A stretch of DNA of 64,000 bases from Vicugna vicugna. Taxonomy: Eukaryota. Positions 23,069 through 35,879 of this stretch are shown one piece after another. The notes beneath the pieces are model-generated. The model was not told where the DNA came from and searched no databases. It worked only from the letters and a program-made list of their open reading frames with translations. The stretch covers positions 1,142,192 through 1,206,191 of the forward strand of contig MU063832.1 in the NCBI GenBank assembly GCA_013265495.1, given 5' to 3'. Within the stretch, counting starts at the first letter, position 1; every line of letters begins with the position of its first letter. Position numbers and translations under genes: made by a program.

Positions 23069-25957
23069 AGTATGGAAAAGTAAATCTCTTTTCTCAGTTC
23101 CTTGCCACTCAGCTCCATGTACTGCCTTCTGCCCACGTCTGTGGTCACCTGGCCACAGAGATCACTGGAAGCCCCCACTCTGGAGGCAGGTGGCATGGGA
23201 CCCTTCCAGCTGCCTTCCAGCAGCATGGTTAACACTCTCTGCAGTCCCAAACATCTTCTTCCATTTTTCCAAGTTCAGTCAAATCCACGTCCCTTTCTCT
23301 GCCTGCCATTCTGGGCAAGTGAATTTGGCTGGAGAATGTGCCATCTCTTCTCCCCGAGAAACCCTTCTCAAATGAATAAAACATAGGCCTGAGCAGTTCG
23401 GCCTGAGCAGCTGGTTCTCGCCAGCTTACAGAATGTCTTTTGTTTTGTTCCATTCTCGGCAAGCAGGATGGCTCTGCTCTGATGTTGATTCTGATCGCTG
23501 GGAAGTTGAGGCTGGCAGGCGTCTGTCGGTCGCATCATACCAGAGTTCAGCTGAGACTCGTGACTAGCAGTGCCACGCTCCCCAGGCTACACGTGTGTCC
23601 TCATGTCGTCCTGACCGCACAGAGATGGCCCTTCCTGATCCCACCACATAATTCGAGAAAAGATAAGTGGGCAGCATGGGGATGCTGTCCCTTGCCGACA
23701 CAGGCAGTCAGTCTGGCTTCTGCATCTGGCTGGGTGAGCCCCACAGCCGCAGAGGACCACCCAACTTTGAGGCTGAGCCCCAGCTGTGGTTTCTGCCAAC
23801 AACAACTGCCCAGGCAGTGTGATTATTCTGATACAATGCAAACACTGGCGTGCAAACTGGAGAAAGAAATCACTCTGTCAGATTTCTGGGTGGGTACCAC
23901 ATGCTCAAAAAGTCCCTGCATGAACCATATTTATAAATGAGAAGTGAAAACACGGATGCCCCAGGAAGCATCAGGCTAACTCCGTTTGTCATCTCAGCCG
24001 AGAAGATTCAGAACAAATGACATGGGGCAAAGGGTGTCACAATGTAACGAGGAGGCAGGAGGGGCAGGTGGTGCTGACAGAGGCACATCGGCGCTTTGGT
24101 TTTCCCTCTAATTCATCCCAGGGACCCCCCACCCCTTCACAAATACCGCTGAAACAAACTGCCCCCCTTCCGAGTACATTTCTTCCTTCCCACACACTCC
24201 AGCTTTTCCACTGAGTTGCTTCCTAATCTGACGGCATGATGCTGACAGGCTGGCATCTGCTGGGGTCTGGTGTTCGGTGTTTTTGATGCGACATCGGCTT
24301 CATTTCATGCAAGAGTTTCTATTGGGATTAAATGTAAGTTTCTAGGCGGGGGTGAAGGAGATAGCCTGGCTTCAAAATCCAACAAAGTAAGAGCAAACCT
24401 GGGGGCTCTAGTCCCTCAACTGGCCCTTGGCTCACTTCTTATAGAACAATTACCCAGTGTCAGTGCCCCGCACAGGGAGGTTACATCAATTAGGCCATTC
24501 CCTGCAGTCGGGATGAAGCGGCGTGAAATGTCACCAGGCTAATGGGTTTAATGAGGAGAGCACACCCTTCCTGAGGTTTCCCAGTAAAACATCCCGGAAG
24601 CAGCAAGTAACAGTCTGTTTCGTGGGCTTTTTCTTCATCTTGGAGGGAACTGTGCTTGTGCCTTCTCCTCCATCCCCAAAGCACATCTCTCCTTTCAGAG
24701 AGTCCCTTCACCCTGACCCACTCCACTCTGGAAGAAGAAGATGGCTTCTGGAAATCTATAGAGATTTCCTGCTTGTGTAACCAAGATTTAAATAAAATCA
24801 TTAAAGCCTTTAAAAACTGGTCAGATGTGGGAAATGGAAAAAAGGGGCCTGCCTTCGAAAGTCGGCAGGTATTGAAAGCGTCTTGTGTCGGGGATGGGAT
24901 GGACATCACACCGGGGCTGTGGGTAGGATGCAGGTAACCTGTGCCCCACCACGACTCTGCTCTGAAGATTGTGGTCACAACCTCTACATCCTTTTCAGAT
25001 TCCTCGCTGCCGTGGGGATCACAACTGCAGGTCCCTGGAAATCACTGCCGTGGTGTGTTTGGGCGGAGGCAGAGGTGGCCCGTCCGCCCTCCCGTGCTGT
25101 GACCCACCTGCACACGTGGTGAGACATCCACCTGGGAGCATTTAGAAGCCAGGCCCAGGTAGCCAGGCTGGCTCTTCTGAACGTCTAGGCCAGAGAATTT
25201 GGCTCAAGACACACAGAAAGAGGACTTCAACCTGAAATCACCGAAACTTTCAGTGAGTTTATAGTAATGGTCACATGATGTGCATCTCGGCCAGTTGCCT
25301 GCTTGGCGCCCTCCCATTAAATCTGGAAGAAAAGGGTGAAAGGCAGTGAAGTAATGTCCCAGCCACAGGTACAGGAGGTGATAGGGGGGTATCCAAAGGA
25401 AGAATCACGCAGATTGATCTGGCTCGTGTCATGGATGCTTCACAGGGTACCCTTGATTTTGTACCCGACAGTTGTTTTGTCCCAGTATGTGTGGTCAAGT
25501 TTAACACATTTCTTCATCCTCTCATCATTGGGCTAAAACTGCTCTTCTAAATCCTGAAAGCTGGTGCTTATACGGGCCTCTTCACACACACACGTGGAGC
25601 CGGATCCTCAGATTAAGCTCTGAGATTTTCACATTTCACGTTAAACATGAGCCCTCTCATGGCAGCGTCCTCCTGGGATCCTGTGATAGCTGGGCTTCCG
25701 GCAGAATGAAGGGACCTCTGCATATCCTGCCTGACATGGCCTTTGGACTAAGTTCTAATGACATTTGAGGAGCTTTAAGGAGCTCTGACACTTTGTTTTA
25801 ACTTGCTCTGTGTGATACCGGTCTCTTGTCTGGGAAGAAGGAAGGAAGGAAAGCACAATCTTGCTTTTCCAACTAAAAGGCTAAGTGGAACAGTCCTTCT
25901 TAAGAACATATCATCTAATATCTCTGGAACGTTTCTCCTACAAAAAGCAAACGAATA

Positions 25958-26568
25958 CAGGCAGACCTCAGAGCTATCGCGGGTTCAATTCCAGACCACG
26001 TCAATAAAATGAATATAGAAATAAAGCAAAGGGGAGGTAGAGCTCAGTGGTAGAGTGCATGCCTAGCGTGTATGAGGTCCTGGGTTCAATCCCCAGGACC
26101 TCCACTAAAACAAACAAATAAATAAACCTAGCTTACCCCAGCCCTCCAAATTTTTTAAAAAAAGAAATAAAGCAAGTCACACAATTTTTTTTGTTTCCTA
26201 ATGCATATAAAAGTCACGTGTACCCTACACTGTAGTCTATTAAGTGTGTAATAGCATTGTGTCCAAAAAACAATATACATACCTTCATTAAGAGTATTTT
26301 TATTGCTAAAAATACTAGCCATCATCTGAGCCTTCAGTGAGTTGTAGTGACAAAGCTCACTGATCACAGCTGGCCAGAATAAATGTAAGAATGAAAAAGT
26401 TTGGGATATTGTGAGAATTGTCAAAATGTGACACAAAGACAGGAAGTGAGCAAGCGCTGTTGTAAAAAACATGGCGTCAACAGACTTGCTCAACGCAGGG
26501 TTGCCCCAAGGCTTCACTTGGCACAAAACACACGTATCTGTGAAACACACTAAAACGAAGTCTGCCTG
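25958..26568 (-). mobile_element. Internally deleted Tigger1 derivative with intact TIRs, interrupted by a SINE
   Basis: TA|CAGGCAGAC ... GTCTGCCTG|TA (TA TSD, perfect 9-bp terminal inverted repeat); Tigger1 right and left end sequences. Confidence 0.9.
26031..26162 (+). mobile_element. Camelid tRNA-derived SINE (Vic-1 type, long-tail form)
   Basis: GGGGAGGTAGAGCTCAGTGGTAGAGTGCATGCCTAGC...GGGTTCAATCCCCAGGACCTCCA; TSD AGAAATAAAGCAA at 26017-26029 and 26163-26175. Confidence 0.92.
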
Positions 26569-26804
26569 TAGAGAAATAACTTTCCCCTTTGATTTTCAAC
26601 AAAGGAGGGGGCTGTGCTCAGAAGTTACATTTGATCCCCACAAAAGGAAGACACTCATGGGTCTTGCTGGCAGAGTGCCGTCACATGCCAGGAGTTGCCA
26701 TTCCTGTCACTCATTCTCACATGAGCCCCAGGAGGGACGCAGCCTGAGGACAGCGAACATTTATTACACGTCAACTCTGTGCTGGATGCTTTCAGAGAAG
26801 ATCT

Positions 26805-26843
26805 TTTTTTTTTATTGAGTTATAGTCATTTTACAATGCTTTG
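26805..26843 (-). mobile_element. Ultra-short (39 bp) L1 3'-end insertion
   Basis: Poly-T + ATTGAGTTATAGTCATTTTACAATG; TSD TCAGAGAAGATCT at 26792-26804 and 26844-26856. Confidence 0.8.
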
Positions 26844-26856
26844 TCAGAGAAGATCT

Positions 26857-27000
26857 CTTTTGATCCTCATAACCAGAATGTGGCTTATTATCCTATAAGG
26901 AAACCAAGGCTCAGAGAACTGAAGTGATTTGCCTGAAGACACACAGTTAAAAAAATGGCAGGCTGGAGACCCAGCTGAAATCTGCCTGACCCCAGAGCCT
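26857..27000 (-). mobile_element. MIR SINE
   Basis: TTGATCCTCATAACC...GGAAACCAAGGCTCAGAGAACTGAAGTGATTTGCCTGAAGACACACAG. Confidence 0.7.
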
Positions 27001-27961
27001 GGGCGCCTCTTCCTTCGGTGAGATTAACTCCTGACCAGCGAGGGAGCTGGGAGGCACTTCACAGAGAACCCACATGGGGCAGCCAGCCGGCTGCCACGGA
27101 CTCAGACAGGGCAAGTGGAGGACGATTACTGAGAGGTCCCGTCCCATCAGGAGCCAGTCGATTCCAGGGGCCGCCACAAGCTGTGACTTTTTGGTGCTCA
27201 TTTGAACCAAAAAATGCAGATTTCTGAGCCCCACCTTTGGGTTCCTAGCCAGTGACCACTACCCACTTTTTTTTTTTTCCCAGATGGCCCATACATTTAA
27301 TTAAATCAGCTGATGGCATTTCCAGCCCTAATGGTACCTGTTGTGAATGGCAGTTGTCATCAGGTATCTTGTCACTGAGTTCACCGTCTGCTGTGATGAA
27401 GGAGGCCTTGTGCATATAGGAATACTGCAGGAAGGCGTGCGATTATTTTGAGATATTAGTAAAAATGGTATTGATATTAGTATGGCATGGTGCACAAAAT
27501 ATAGCATGTAACCTGGAAAATTGGAATGTTAAATACACTTTACTGAGTAGTAGTGGGAGTTAACAGTGCACTAAAGATGTTTCATGGCCTTTAATTTAAA
27601 TGCCAGGTTAAGTTTTTATGATACTAGCATCTGGTCACCTGCCTTTATGAGGAAGAGGGGAATATTTTGTTCTCCCAAAGCAATGATGTATTGGCTGGGG
27701 TTCCTTCTTACTGTCTTTATATTAGTGTTTCAATTCTCCATCCAAGAACACCTGTCTGTCTTTTACCTTTTAAGTATATTCCCTTAAACATAGGTATTAA
27801 GACTTTAAATTTTACATCCAAAGGCTGAACTGCTTACATCCTACAACTGCTTCAGCATTAGGATCTTGGTCCTCATATTCCCCAGCCTGTCACCATCTCC
27901 GTTCCCATGTGCTAGTGCCCTGTTCATACTACAATTCATTAGAAAAGTAGGGGGAAGTAAA

Positions 27962-28000
27962 GATGATGATGATGATGATGATGATGATGATAATAATAAT
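27962..28000. repeat. (GAT)10(AAT)3 compound microsatellite
   Basis: Direct reading. Confidence 0.95.
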
Positions 28001-28503
28001 ATTGGAACAAGTTATTGTGAGACGGCAGCAGAGAGTTAGTAACTAGGAAATGTTCTACATTTTAAATTAATCCTCCAACATATAAAAGTCATCCTAACCT
28101 CATATGTAGATTGGCTGATAAGCAGGTGGGCCCTGACCACAAACAAGGCAGTGTTCTCTGGAAAAGATATTAATTTTACTTATGAATAGCACCTGTTCCA
28201 AGAATGTATAATATTATGGCTCCAGTGTGTGCTGTATAAGGAGGAAAACCAGGGGTGGATTTAATACTACATCTGTGACTGGTTACTTATGGTAACCTTC
28301 AGGTATTTGGTGGTTTCAGCAAAAGTTCTAATGCACATTCCAGGCATCAAGAACCATAGGGAAGACTGTAAAAATATGGAGACAGAGAATGAATACATTC
28401 ACTCGTTTGGGAAAATGAGAACGTACACACAGCTCCCTGCTGGCTTGAAAACTGCACTCAATCCATCCTCTCCCAGGGGAGCATCCCGTGTGGGGACTGA
28501 GGT

Positions 28504-28918
28504 GCATGCTAAGATGGGGGTGTCACTGGGCCTTATCAGTGGTGATCACGAAAAATGGGCCAAGTTACCCTTTTATCCAAGGGATATCCATTTCTCCAGG
28601 GGATGGTAGGTAACAAAAGAAACTGCAGGAATTATCCAGGAATTTACTAACCAATTGTTCCAGCCAAGTGAGACACTGGGTTTGGACTTTTATTGTTGTT
28701 TTTTTAACTGTTGGTGATGAAAATCTGACTTTCACCAGTGATTTACGTTCTTTTCTCAGACTTAACGTTTCACGTCTACTAGTTCTCTGCCTGCGAATCA
28801 CTGATTATTCCCCTTGACTCTCTTCTTTGCATGTTTTACATTATTTGCTTTTAAGTTTAGTTTTTGTTGGGTTAAACCAAATAGCATGCAATCTGATATC
28901 AATATCTATCTATTTATC

Positions 28919-28965
<47 letters not shown>

Positions 28966-29405
28966 CATCCCTTACCTGGGTACGTAAGACGCATGCTAAG
29001 ATGGGGGTGTTGCTGGGCCTTAACAGTGGTGATCACGAAAAATGGGCCAAGTTACCCTTTTATCCAAGGGATATCCATTTCTCCAGGGGATGGTAGGTAA
29101 CAAAAGAAACTGCAGGAATTATCCAGGAATTTACTAACCAATTGTTCCAGCCAAGTGAGACACTGGGTTTGGACTTTTATTGTTGTTTTTTTAACTGTTG
29201 GTGATGAAAATCTGACTTTCACCAGTGATTTACATTCTTTTCTCAGACTTAACGTTTCATGTCTACTAGTTCTCTGCCTGCGAATCACTGATTATTCTCC
29301 TTGACTCTCTTCTTTGCATGTTTTACATTATTTGCTTTTAAGTTTAATTTTTGTTGGGTTAAACCAAATAGCATGCAATCTGATATCAATATCTATCTAT
29401 TTATC

Positions 29406-29460
<55 letters not shown>

Positions 29461-29479
29461 CCTTACCTGGGTACGTAAG
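28504..29479. repeat. Tandem duplication, 485/489 bp units each ending in a (CTAT)n microsatellite
   Basis: 28504-28988, 'AC' spacer, 28991-29479. Confidence 0.97.
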
Positions 29480-29819
29480 GGGCTAATAAAGTTTAAGAAG
29501 TCATCTGGGTTTACGACAGAACACAGAAAGAACAAAAGTAAAACTCAAGACAGATTTGAAACAAATTGACAAAAATATCGAGAAAACTAGGCATTTTCTG
29601 AAAGTACTGGTCATTTTCCCTTCAGTAACCCTCAGCTCTCCACTCACTGTTTTCACCCCACTCATAGGATGAGGATTTATAACTCGGGGTTTGCACAATG
29701 TGAGTTTGGATAGCCATTTTTCACTTCAGAGATTCAACAATTCAATTTCGTCTACCTGTTCAAAGATACGGTGCTAGGTTGTGGTAAACAGAGAGGTTGA
29801 TTTGGGTCTTAAGATTATA

Positions 29820-30255
29820 AAGGTGAGTGAGCGATGACTCAGAGAGGTCAATGCCTTTGACAGAAAAGTTGAATGTCACTCACAGTTCCCCTAGAAAGGA
29901 GAGGCACACCACGCCACGCAGGGCCACAGAAGGTAGGCACCAATGTCCCCTGGGGGCCAGAAAGGAGGAAGGGGAAAGCACACACCACAGCCTTTACTGG
30001 GGTCTCAGTGGGAAAGGCAGGGCAGGGCTGGGGAAGCAGCTTGGGACTGGCTGGTTTAAATAACTGTGGTGGGCTTTGGGGCATCAGGGCTGCCCCTGGT
30101 TGTCTGGGTTGATTTAGGGCAGGGGAAATACTGGCTTAATGTGCGAGAGAGAGATAAGGAGGTGGTTTATAGAATGGGCTCCTGGTCACAGAAAAGTTGT
30201 AAACGGCTGAGGCCGTTGATTTAGCCCCATGATTGACGGATGCCAAATAGATAAA
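29820..30255 (-). mobile_element. ERVL-type solo LTR (MER74/MER54/MER73-like)
   Basis: Reverse strand CCCTGCCTTTCCCAC..AGTAAAGGC..TGTGGCCCTGCGTGGCGTGG..GGAACTGTGAGT matches my recollection of this LTR group; subfamily uncertain. Confidence 0.55.
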
Positions 30256-33200
30256 CATGGAGCCGAAGGAAACAGAGTTAGGGCGGGAGGGGGGCAAGCC
30301 CTTCCACCAGGAACTCAGGCTCCAGTAGCTGAATTGAATATGTAGAATGATGCAGCAAATCCAAGGTGTATCACGATAAATGCCACCCTAGCAGCTTAAA
30401 CCAAATGCAGTGGGAGTTTGACGGAAGGAAACAGCAAAGATGTGGAAAGCTGTCTTACTGGGGAGGGGGGCTCGGTCTGCTCAGCACTCAGCTAGAATCA
30501 CTCCTTCAAAATCATATGACCCTGGAAATAAATCTCACCCTCAGATACGTGGGAGAACTTAACACATCACAAACGTTAACTAAAAGGGAGTTCTTGCCTC
30601 TCCCTCCCAGCCTAACGTCATTTTTGTATTGCTAGCCATCACAGACTTCATAAAAGTCCCATATAGTATTCTCTCCCCAAATGGAAGCTTTTTTTTTGCA
30701 ATTAATTTTGATAACCAACTTGTTTCATAGTTACTCACGTGTTGCCCATTTTTCACCTTAAAAGTCACACAGGGTTAAAGAAAATACTCAACTCGCTTTT
30801 GGCCAATTCTCGATTAGCTGGTGTCAGATGAGAGGTGAGAGGTGGCCCGGAAATGCCGGTGTCCCTGTCCGGACACTCTGGCGCTGGCCCACATCTGTGT
30901 CTCCCTTGTCCCTGGCGATCCCAGTCAGCCACTGTCACTCCCTGGAGGACAGGAAAATTGGGTTTTCCTTATAAACCTGGCAAAGAATTGTAGACTGTGG
31001 GCAGGAGGGTGCTTGGAATGTTCTGTCAGCCACTGGCGAACAGCAGCTCTGCTGCAGGGTGTGGGGAGAGGCCCAGAGGCTCTCGCATTAATGTGCAGCC
31101 TGATGGAGGGGAGGGTGGACAGAGAGACAGCAGACAGCGCACAGTGCTTTTTCTCATGCAACCACCAGCACATCCATTCTCCTTAGAGTGAACGTACAGG
31201 ATCGCACTATGCCTGTCATCCCTTTTCTTAATCCGCAGGGTTGTGAGTTTTCTGTTGGGGTTGGTGCCAAATCTTCTAAGTCAACAGTTAACAGACACCT
31301 GTTGCACTTCGTTCCCTGGAGGCGTCCCCCGGCACTGTGCAAGGACATCCACGGCCACTGTTTTTTGAATGTTTACTATGCGCCTGTCATTCTGTTGGGC
31401 CCTTGGCACATTAGTTCTCTCCCTGTGCTCTGGCCTTGCTTCTCAAACTTTCCCATGGGTACGAATCATCTGGCCCTTTACTCGAAGTACAGATCCCAGG
31501 CCTCAACTGTAGGAATGAAACAGTCTGATCGTGCCCAGCGTGGCCGAGGCCCAGGAGTCTGGCTCCCAGTCAGACTCCCAAGTTGATTCTGAGGGAAGTG
31601 GTCCACGGAGCTCACTTTGCAAAACAGACTTCTGGTTCGTGGTTAAAAGTAATTATTCATTGTAGCCCCTGAGTTACTAGAATGTATGTCAATATTTAGA
31701 AACAAGGTTTATAAGCATCTGTTGACCTAAAACCCTTTCTAGTTTTTGTGTAACTATCATTGTCTGACTCTAGGACAAGCCAACTAGAGGGACTTGAAGA
31801 TATTATCAGGAACATTCATCTTTTTAAAATAGTAGAGCGGCTAGAGTTTTCACAGACTAAGAAAAACATCAAAGAATATTAAGTCAGTTCAAGGAAACCC
31901 TGTGGTAGGTCAGCACTGGGGCCCTAAAGCCAGGAGGGAGGAGGGTTTTCCTAGGTCCTTGAAAAGGCAGCAAATCAAAGAAACAAGGGTTTTGTCCTTT
32001 CTTTCTTTCTTTTCTTTTTTTCTTAGGAAGGCTATTAAGCATTCTTTCCCTGGTCAGTGCACATCTGCCCCGATGACTCAGTAAACCATGTTCCTTCCTG
32101 AGGCTGTGAAATCCCTTCTCCAGGACCCGGAGAGGGGTGGGGACACTGGGCCATTGGGGCTGGATCCCGCCACATGGTCCCGGGCGGCCCTGGATATCTG
32201 AAAGCATCATGCTCAGAGTTGCTTTAAATCATGTTTTCTGTTTCCTATCAATCACTTTAGTAGTAGATAGATTTCTTTCCCCCTGGGTTTAATGCTCCCA
32301 AAATGAGGCAGATGAGAGGGAGGGGCTGAAGTTACATCAAAGTGAGAGTGGGAGGGGACGAGGAGGGATGTCATTCTTCTTATGGCCAAAATAAAATGTA
32401 TGCAGGTGCTTTTTATGACAAAGACGTATGACTAATGAAGAAATGCCCTTTTAGTTAAAAACATAATGAGGAGCAGATGTATACCTGTACACGTGTGTGT
32501 ATACAAAAGGCAGAAGACCACATGCATGCACATGGCCGCACAGCTGGGTCTCACATCTCATGCCGCCACCCCAGGCCTGTGTACCGGTGACCAGGGTGGG
32601 GAATGGGTGCACTGAATTTTCCCATCCACTTGTATCTTTACTTGGGGAAGCACCACGCTCCTGTACCCCACCTCTATCTTCTTATATTTGTGAATCAGAC
32701 ATTCGCCCCCCAATACTGATGTACCTCTTCTATCTTGCTGGTCTTCCTCTTCACAATTGTATCCCCGAATCTGCAGAAGAGACTCCCACCCTTCTCCTTG
32801 CTCCCCCCTACCCCCACCTTCTAGCCTCATTTTTTTCATTCTGCTTGTTCATGTGAATCGGCCCTTAGTCATGGCTGGAAAGCATTAGAGCAGGGCCAGT
32901 GCTGTATCGGAGCTGCGGAAAGAGGGAAGCCAAACATTCTGAAATGAGGTCGTCACGATAAAGAGCCAGTGTCAAGAAACCACAAAAATCTCGGGAACTG
33001 TGAAGTCATCTTCTCCGGAATCTCCACTGGCTCAATCTCGTTACCTTCCCCTCATTAAAGCTGCCCTTCCCAGCCTTTCTGCCCAGTTTCTTATGAAATA
33101 CACTTTCTATAAGTGTTGGTTTAGCTTGCTCCTTGCGTGGCTTCAGTGTTGTTCTCTGCTGCGACTTGACAGCTACGTTATGAAACTTCGGTGGGTTTGA

Positions 33201-33509
33201 CCCAGAAACCCAACAATATAACATTTTTTATGGGGAACCATGTCCTGATCTCAGTTGGCAGGTTGAGAAATGATCTTGGGGGAACATTTGGCTTTAAGTG
33301 TATGCATAGTACTGGACACATACAGATGCTTCACAGCCAAAGGAAAAAAAAAGTTATTTCTTTGAGTTATTTCATTGACAAATTGGGGACACAAGGGAAT
33401 GGTGTATCAAAGAAGCAACCTATCCCTGAGAGATGCTTTTATGACAAGAAGCACCATCACCACTGTCTATAACTGTGATTTCATAGGAAAGCCTCCGCAT
33501 TTTTCTTTT

Positions 33510-33665
33510 TTTTTTAACACCTTTATTGTGGTCTGGTTCCTGCGCAGTAAACTACATGTATTTCAGATATATAGTTTGATGAATCTTGATAGCTGTACAC
33601 AACCATGAAATCATCACCACAACCAAGATAGCTGACATTCCCATCGCTCCCCAAGAGGTGCAATT
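33510..33665 (-). mobile_element. Old L1M 3' end fragment
   Basis: Poly-T, ...GTTTGATGAATCTTGATAGCTGTACACAACCATGAAATCATCACCACAACCAAGATA. Confidence 0.65.
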
Positions 33666-33846
33666 TTCGAATTCCCAATATACCCCTTTCTACCCCCTTT
33701 ACCTTCTGAACCATAAGTTTGTTTTCTGTGTCTGTGAGTCTATTTCTGTTTTGTAGATAGGTTCATTTGTGTCCTTTTTTTAAGATTCCACATATAAGCC
33801 ATATAATAAGGCATTTTTCTTTCTTTCTGGCTTACTTCACTTAGAA

Positions 33847-34019
33847 NNNNNNNNNNNNNNNNNNNNNNNNNNNNNNNNNNNNNNNNNNNNNNNNNNNNNN
33901 NNNNNNNNNNNNNNNNNNNNNNNNNNNNNNNNNNNNNNNNNNNNNNNNNNNNNNNNNNNNNNNNNNNNNNNNNNNNNNNNNNNNNNNNNNNNNNNNNNNN
34001 NNNNNNNNNNNNNNNNNNN
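33847..34019. other. Assembly gap (173 N) inside L1
   Basis: Run of N. Confidence 1.
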
Positions 34020-34251
34020 TACATAGTGCTACTGTGAACATTGGGGTGCATGTGTCTTTTTGAATTGTATTTTTCTCTGGATATATGCCTAGGACTTGGA
34101 TTGCTGGATCATACGGTAAGTCTCTTTTTAGTTTTTTAAGGAACCTCCATACAGTCCTCCATAGTGGCTGCCCCAATTTAGATTCTCCCAACAGTATGGG
34201 CGGGTTCCCTTTTCTCCACACCCTCTCCAGCATTTATCATTCGTAGACTTT

Positions 34252-34403
34252 NNNNNNNNNNNNNNNNNNNNNNNNNNNNNNNNNNNNNNNNNNNNNNNNN
34301 NNNNNNNNNNNNNNNNNNNNNNNNNNNNNNNNNNNNNNNNNNNNNNNNNNNNNNNNNNNNNNNNNNNNNNNNNNNNNNNNNNNNNNNNNNNNNNNNNNNN
34401 NNN
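34252..34403. other. Assembly gap (152 N) inside L1
   Basis: Run of N. Confidence 1.
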
Positions 34404-34959
34404 TTTTTGATTGGATTGCTTGTTTCTTTGACATTAAGGTGTATGAGCTGTTTGTATATTTTGGAAATTAGTCCTCTGTCAGTTGCATGATTTGCAAATA
34501 TTTTCTCCCATTCTGTAGGTTGTCTTTTTGTTTTGTTGATGGTATCCTTAGCTGTACAAAAGCTTATAAGTTTAATTAGATCCCATTTGTTTATTTTTGC
34601 TTTTATTTCCATTACTCTAGGAGCTGGTTTAAAATATATATTGCTGTGACTTATGTCCAAGAGTGTTCTGCCTATGTTTTCTTCTAGAAGTTTATAGTAT
34701 CTGGTCTTGCATTTAAGTCTTTAACCCATTTTGACTGTATTTTTGTATATGGTGTTAGAAAATGTTCTAATTTTCATCTTTCATGCATTTCTTTTTTTTT
34801 TTTTCTGTTTTCCCATCTTCTTTTCCCAGCCTGGAGATGATCGCCTTTGTCTTTGCTTAGTACATCCCACCTGCCTTCAGGGGACTCCCCAGGAAACCTT
34901 CCCACAGGGTACCAGTGTTAGTATCACTGTTAGTGGGAGGAGCTAACATGTCTGCATTC

Positions 34960-35150
34960 TTACCATATGCTAGGACTGTGCTGAGTGCTCAAAAGGCATT
35001 ATCTCACTTAATTCTCATGGCTTTCCTATACACCATCATTGCCCCCATCTTGTTAGAGAGGAAACTGGGGCTAATAAAGTTAGGTTATACATCTAGAAAG
35101 TGGCAGAAGCACCCAAGATCAGGACCCAAGCCACCTGCTCCTTGAACTCC
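34960..35150 (-). mobile_element. MIR SINE
   Basis: TATCTCACTTAATTCTCA...CCCCATCTTGTTAGAGAGGAAACTGGGGCT. Confidence 0.7.
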
Positions 35151-35879
35151 GTCCAGATCATGCTTTCTACTCCTGTCTCTCCCACTGGTTTCCTGGGATG
35201 CGCTGCAGATAACGCACCACGCAGCCCTGATTATATGGTTTTTCTTTTCCAGCACTAGCGTGTTGGGCCTTTTTTCCCTCTCTCAGACTGTACACAATTT
35301 GTGGTTAGGGTCCAGAACGAGGGTCTTGGGACAGATTCTGCATTTTGCTAACTCTAGCGCCTCCCAGTTTCCAGTGGCAGCACTTTATGGGACTACGATT
35401 TCCTCATCAGTCACCTGCGACGTCTCCAGCCTAAAGCTAAGACTCTTAGATGTCTGTTTTTAAAGATCTCAGCACTAAGCTGTTGTCCCTGTCACTGTCC
35501 TCCGCTATTCATGCCTTTGGTGCGTGTGTGCTTTGTGAAAGTATGTGTGTGACTGTATATGAGAGCTTGTGTGCATCTATGTGTGTCTGTGTATGTACGG
35601 ACAAGTATCTGTGTGCGTGTTTGTGCGTGCGTCGGGGGGACATTCTCACAGGGTTGAAGCCGCCCAAACCCAAGTGACAGGAAGAGAGGGAAGGGTAGCC
35701 AGTTCACCTGTGCCTTCGGCATAATCCACCCAGGCGGCGCCCGGAGGAGGCCGGTGATCCAGGCTCCCTGCCCACGAGTCTGCCCGGGTCCCGCCCTCGC
35801 GCGGGACAGTGCAGCCTGGAGGCCACCGGGCGGGCGGGGCGGAGCGTGGAGATGCGCGGGGCGGGGCCTGGCGGCGGGC

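Larger units (their letters stand above)
33680..34775 (-). mobile_element. 5'-truncated L1 (ORF2 C-terminus plus 3' UTR), containing two N-gaps
   Basis: Minus-strand ORFs give KINKWDLIKLISFCTAKDTINKTKRQPTEWEKIFAN and LPYDPAI..LGIYPEK..QKDTCTPMF (L1 ORF2). Confidence 0.93.

Noticed and set aside
28289-29486. Twin ORFs 28565-28801 and 29052-29288 resembling paralogous genes
   Set aside because: They are by-products of the 487-bp duplication and resemble no protein I know.
33841-34660. L1 ORF2-like ORFs as an active element
   Set aside because: 5'-truncated, no ORF1 or 5' UTR, interrupted frames; cannot be autonomous.
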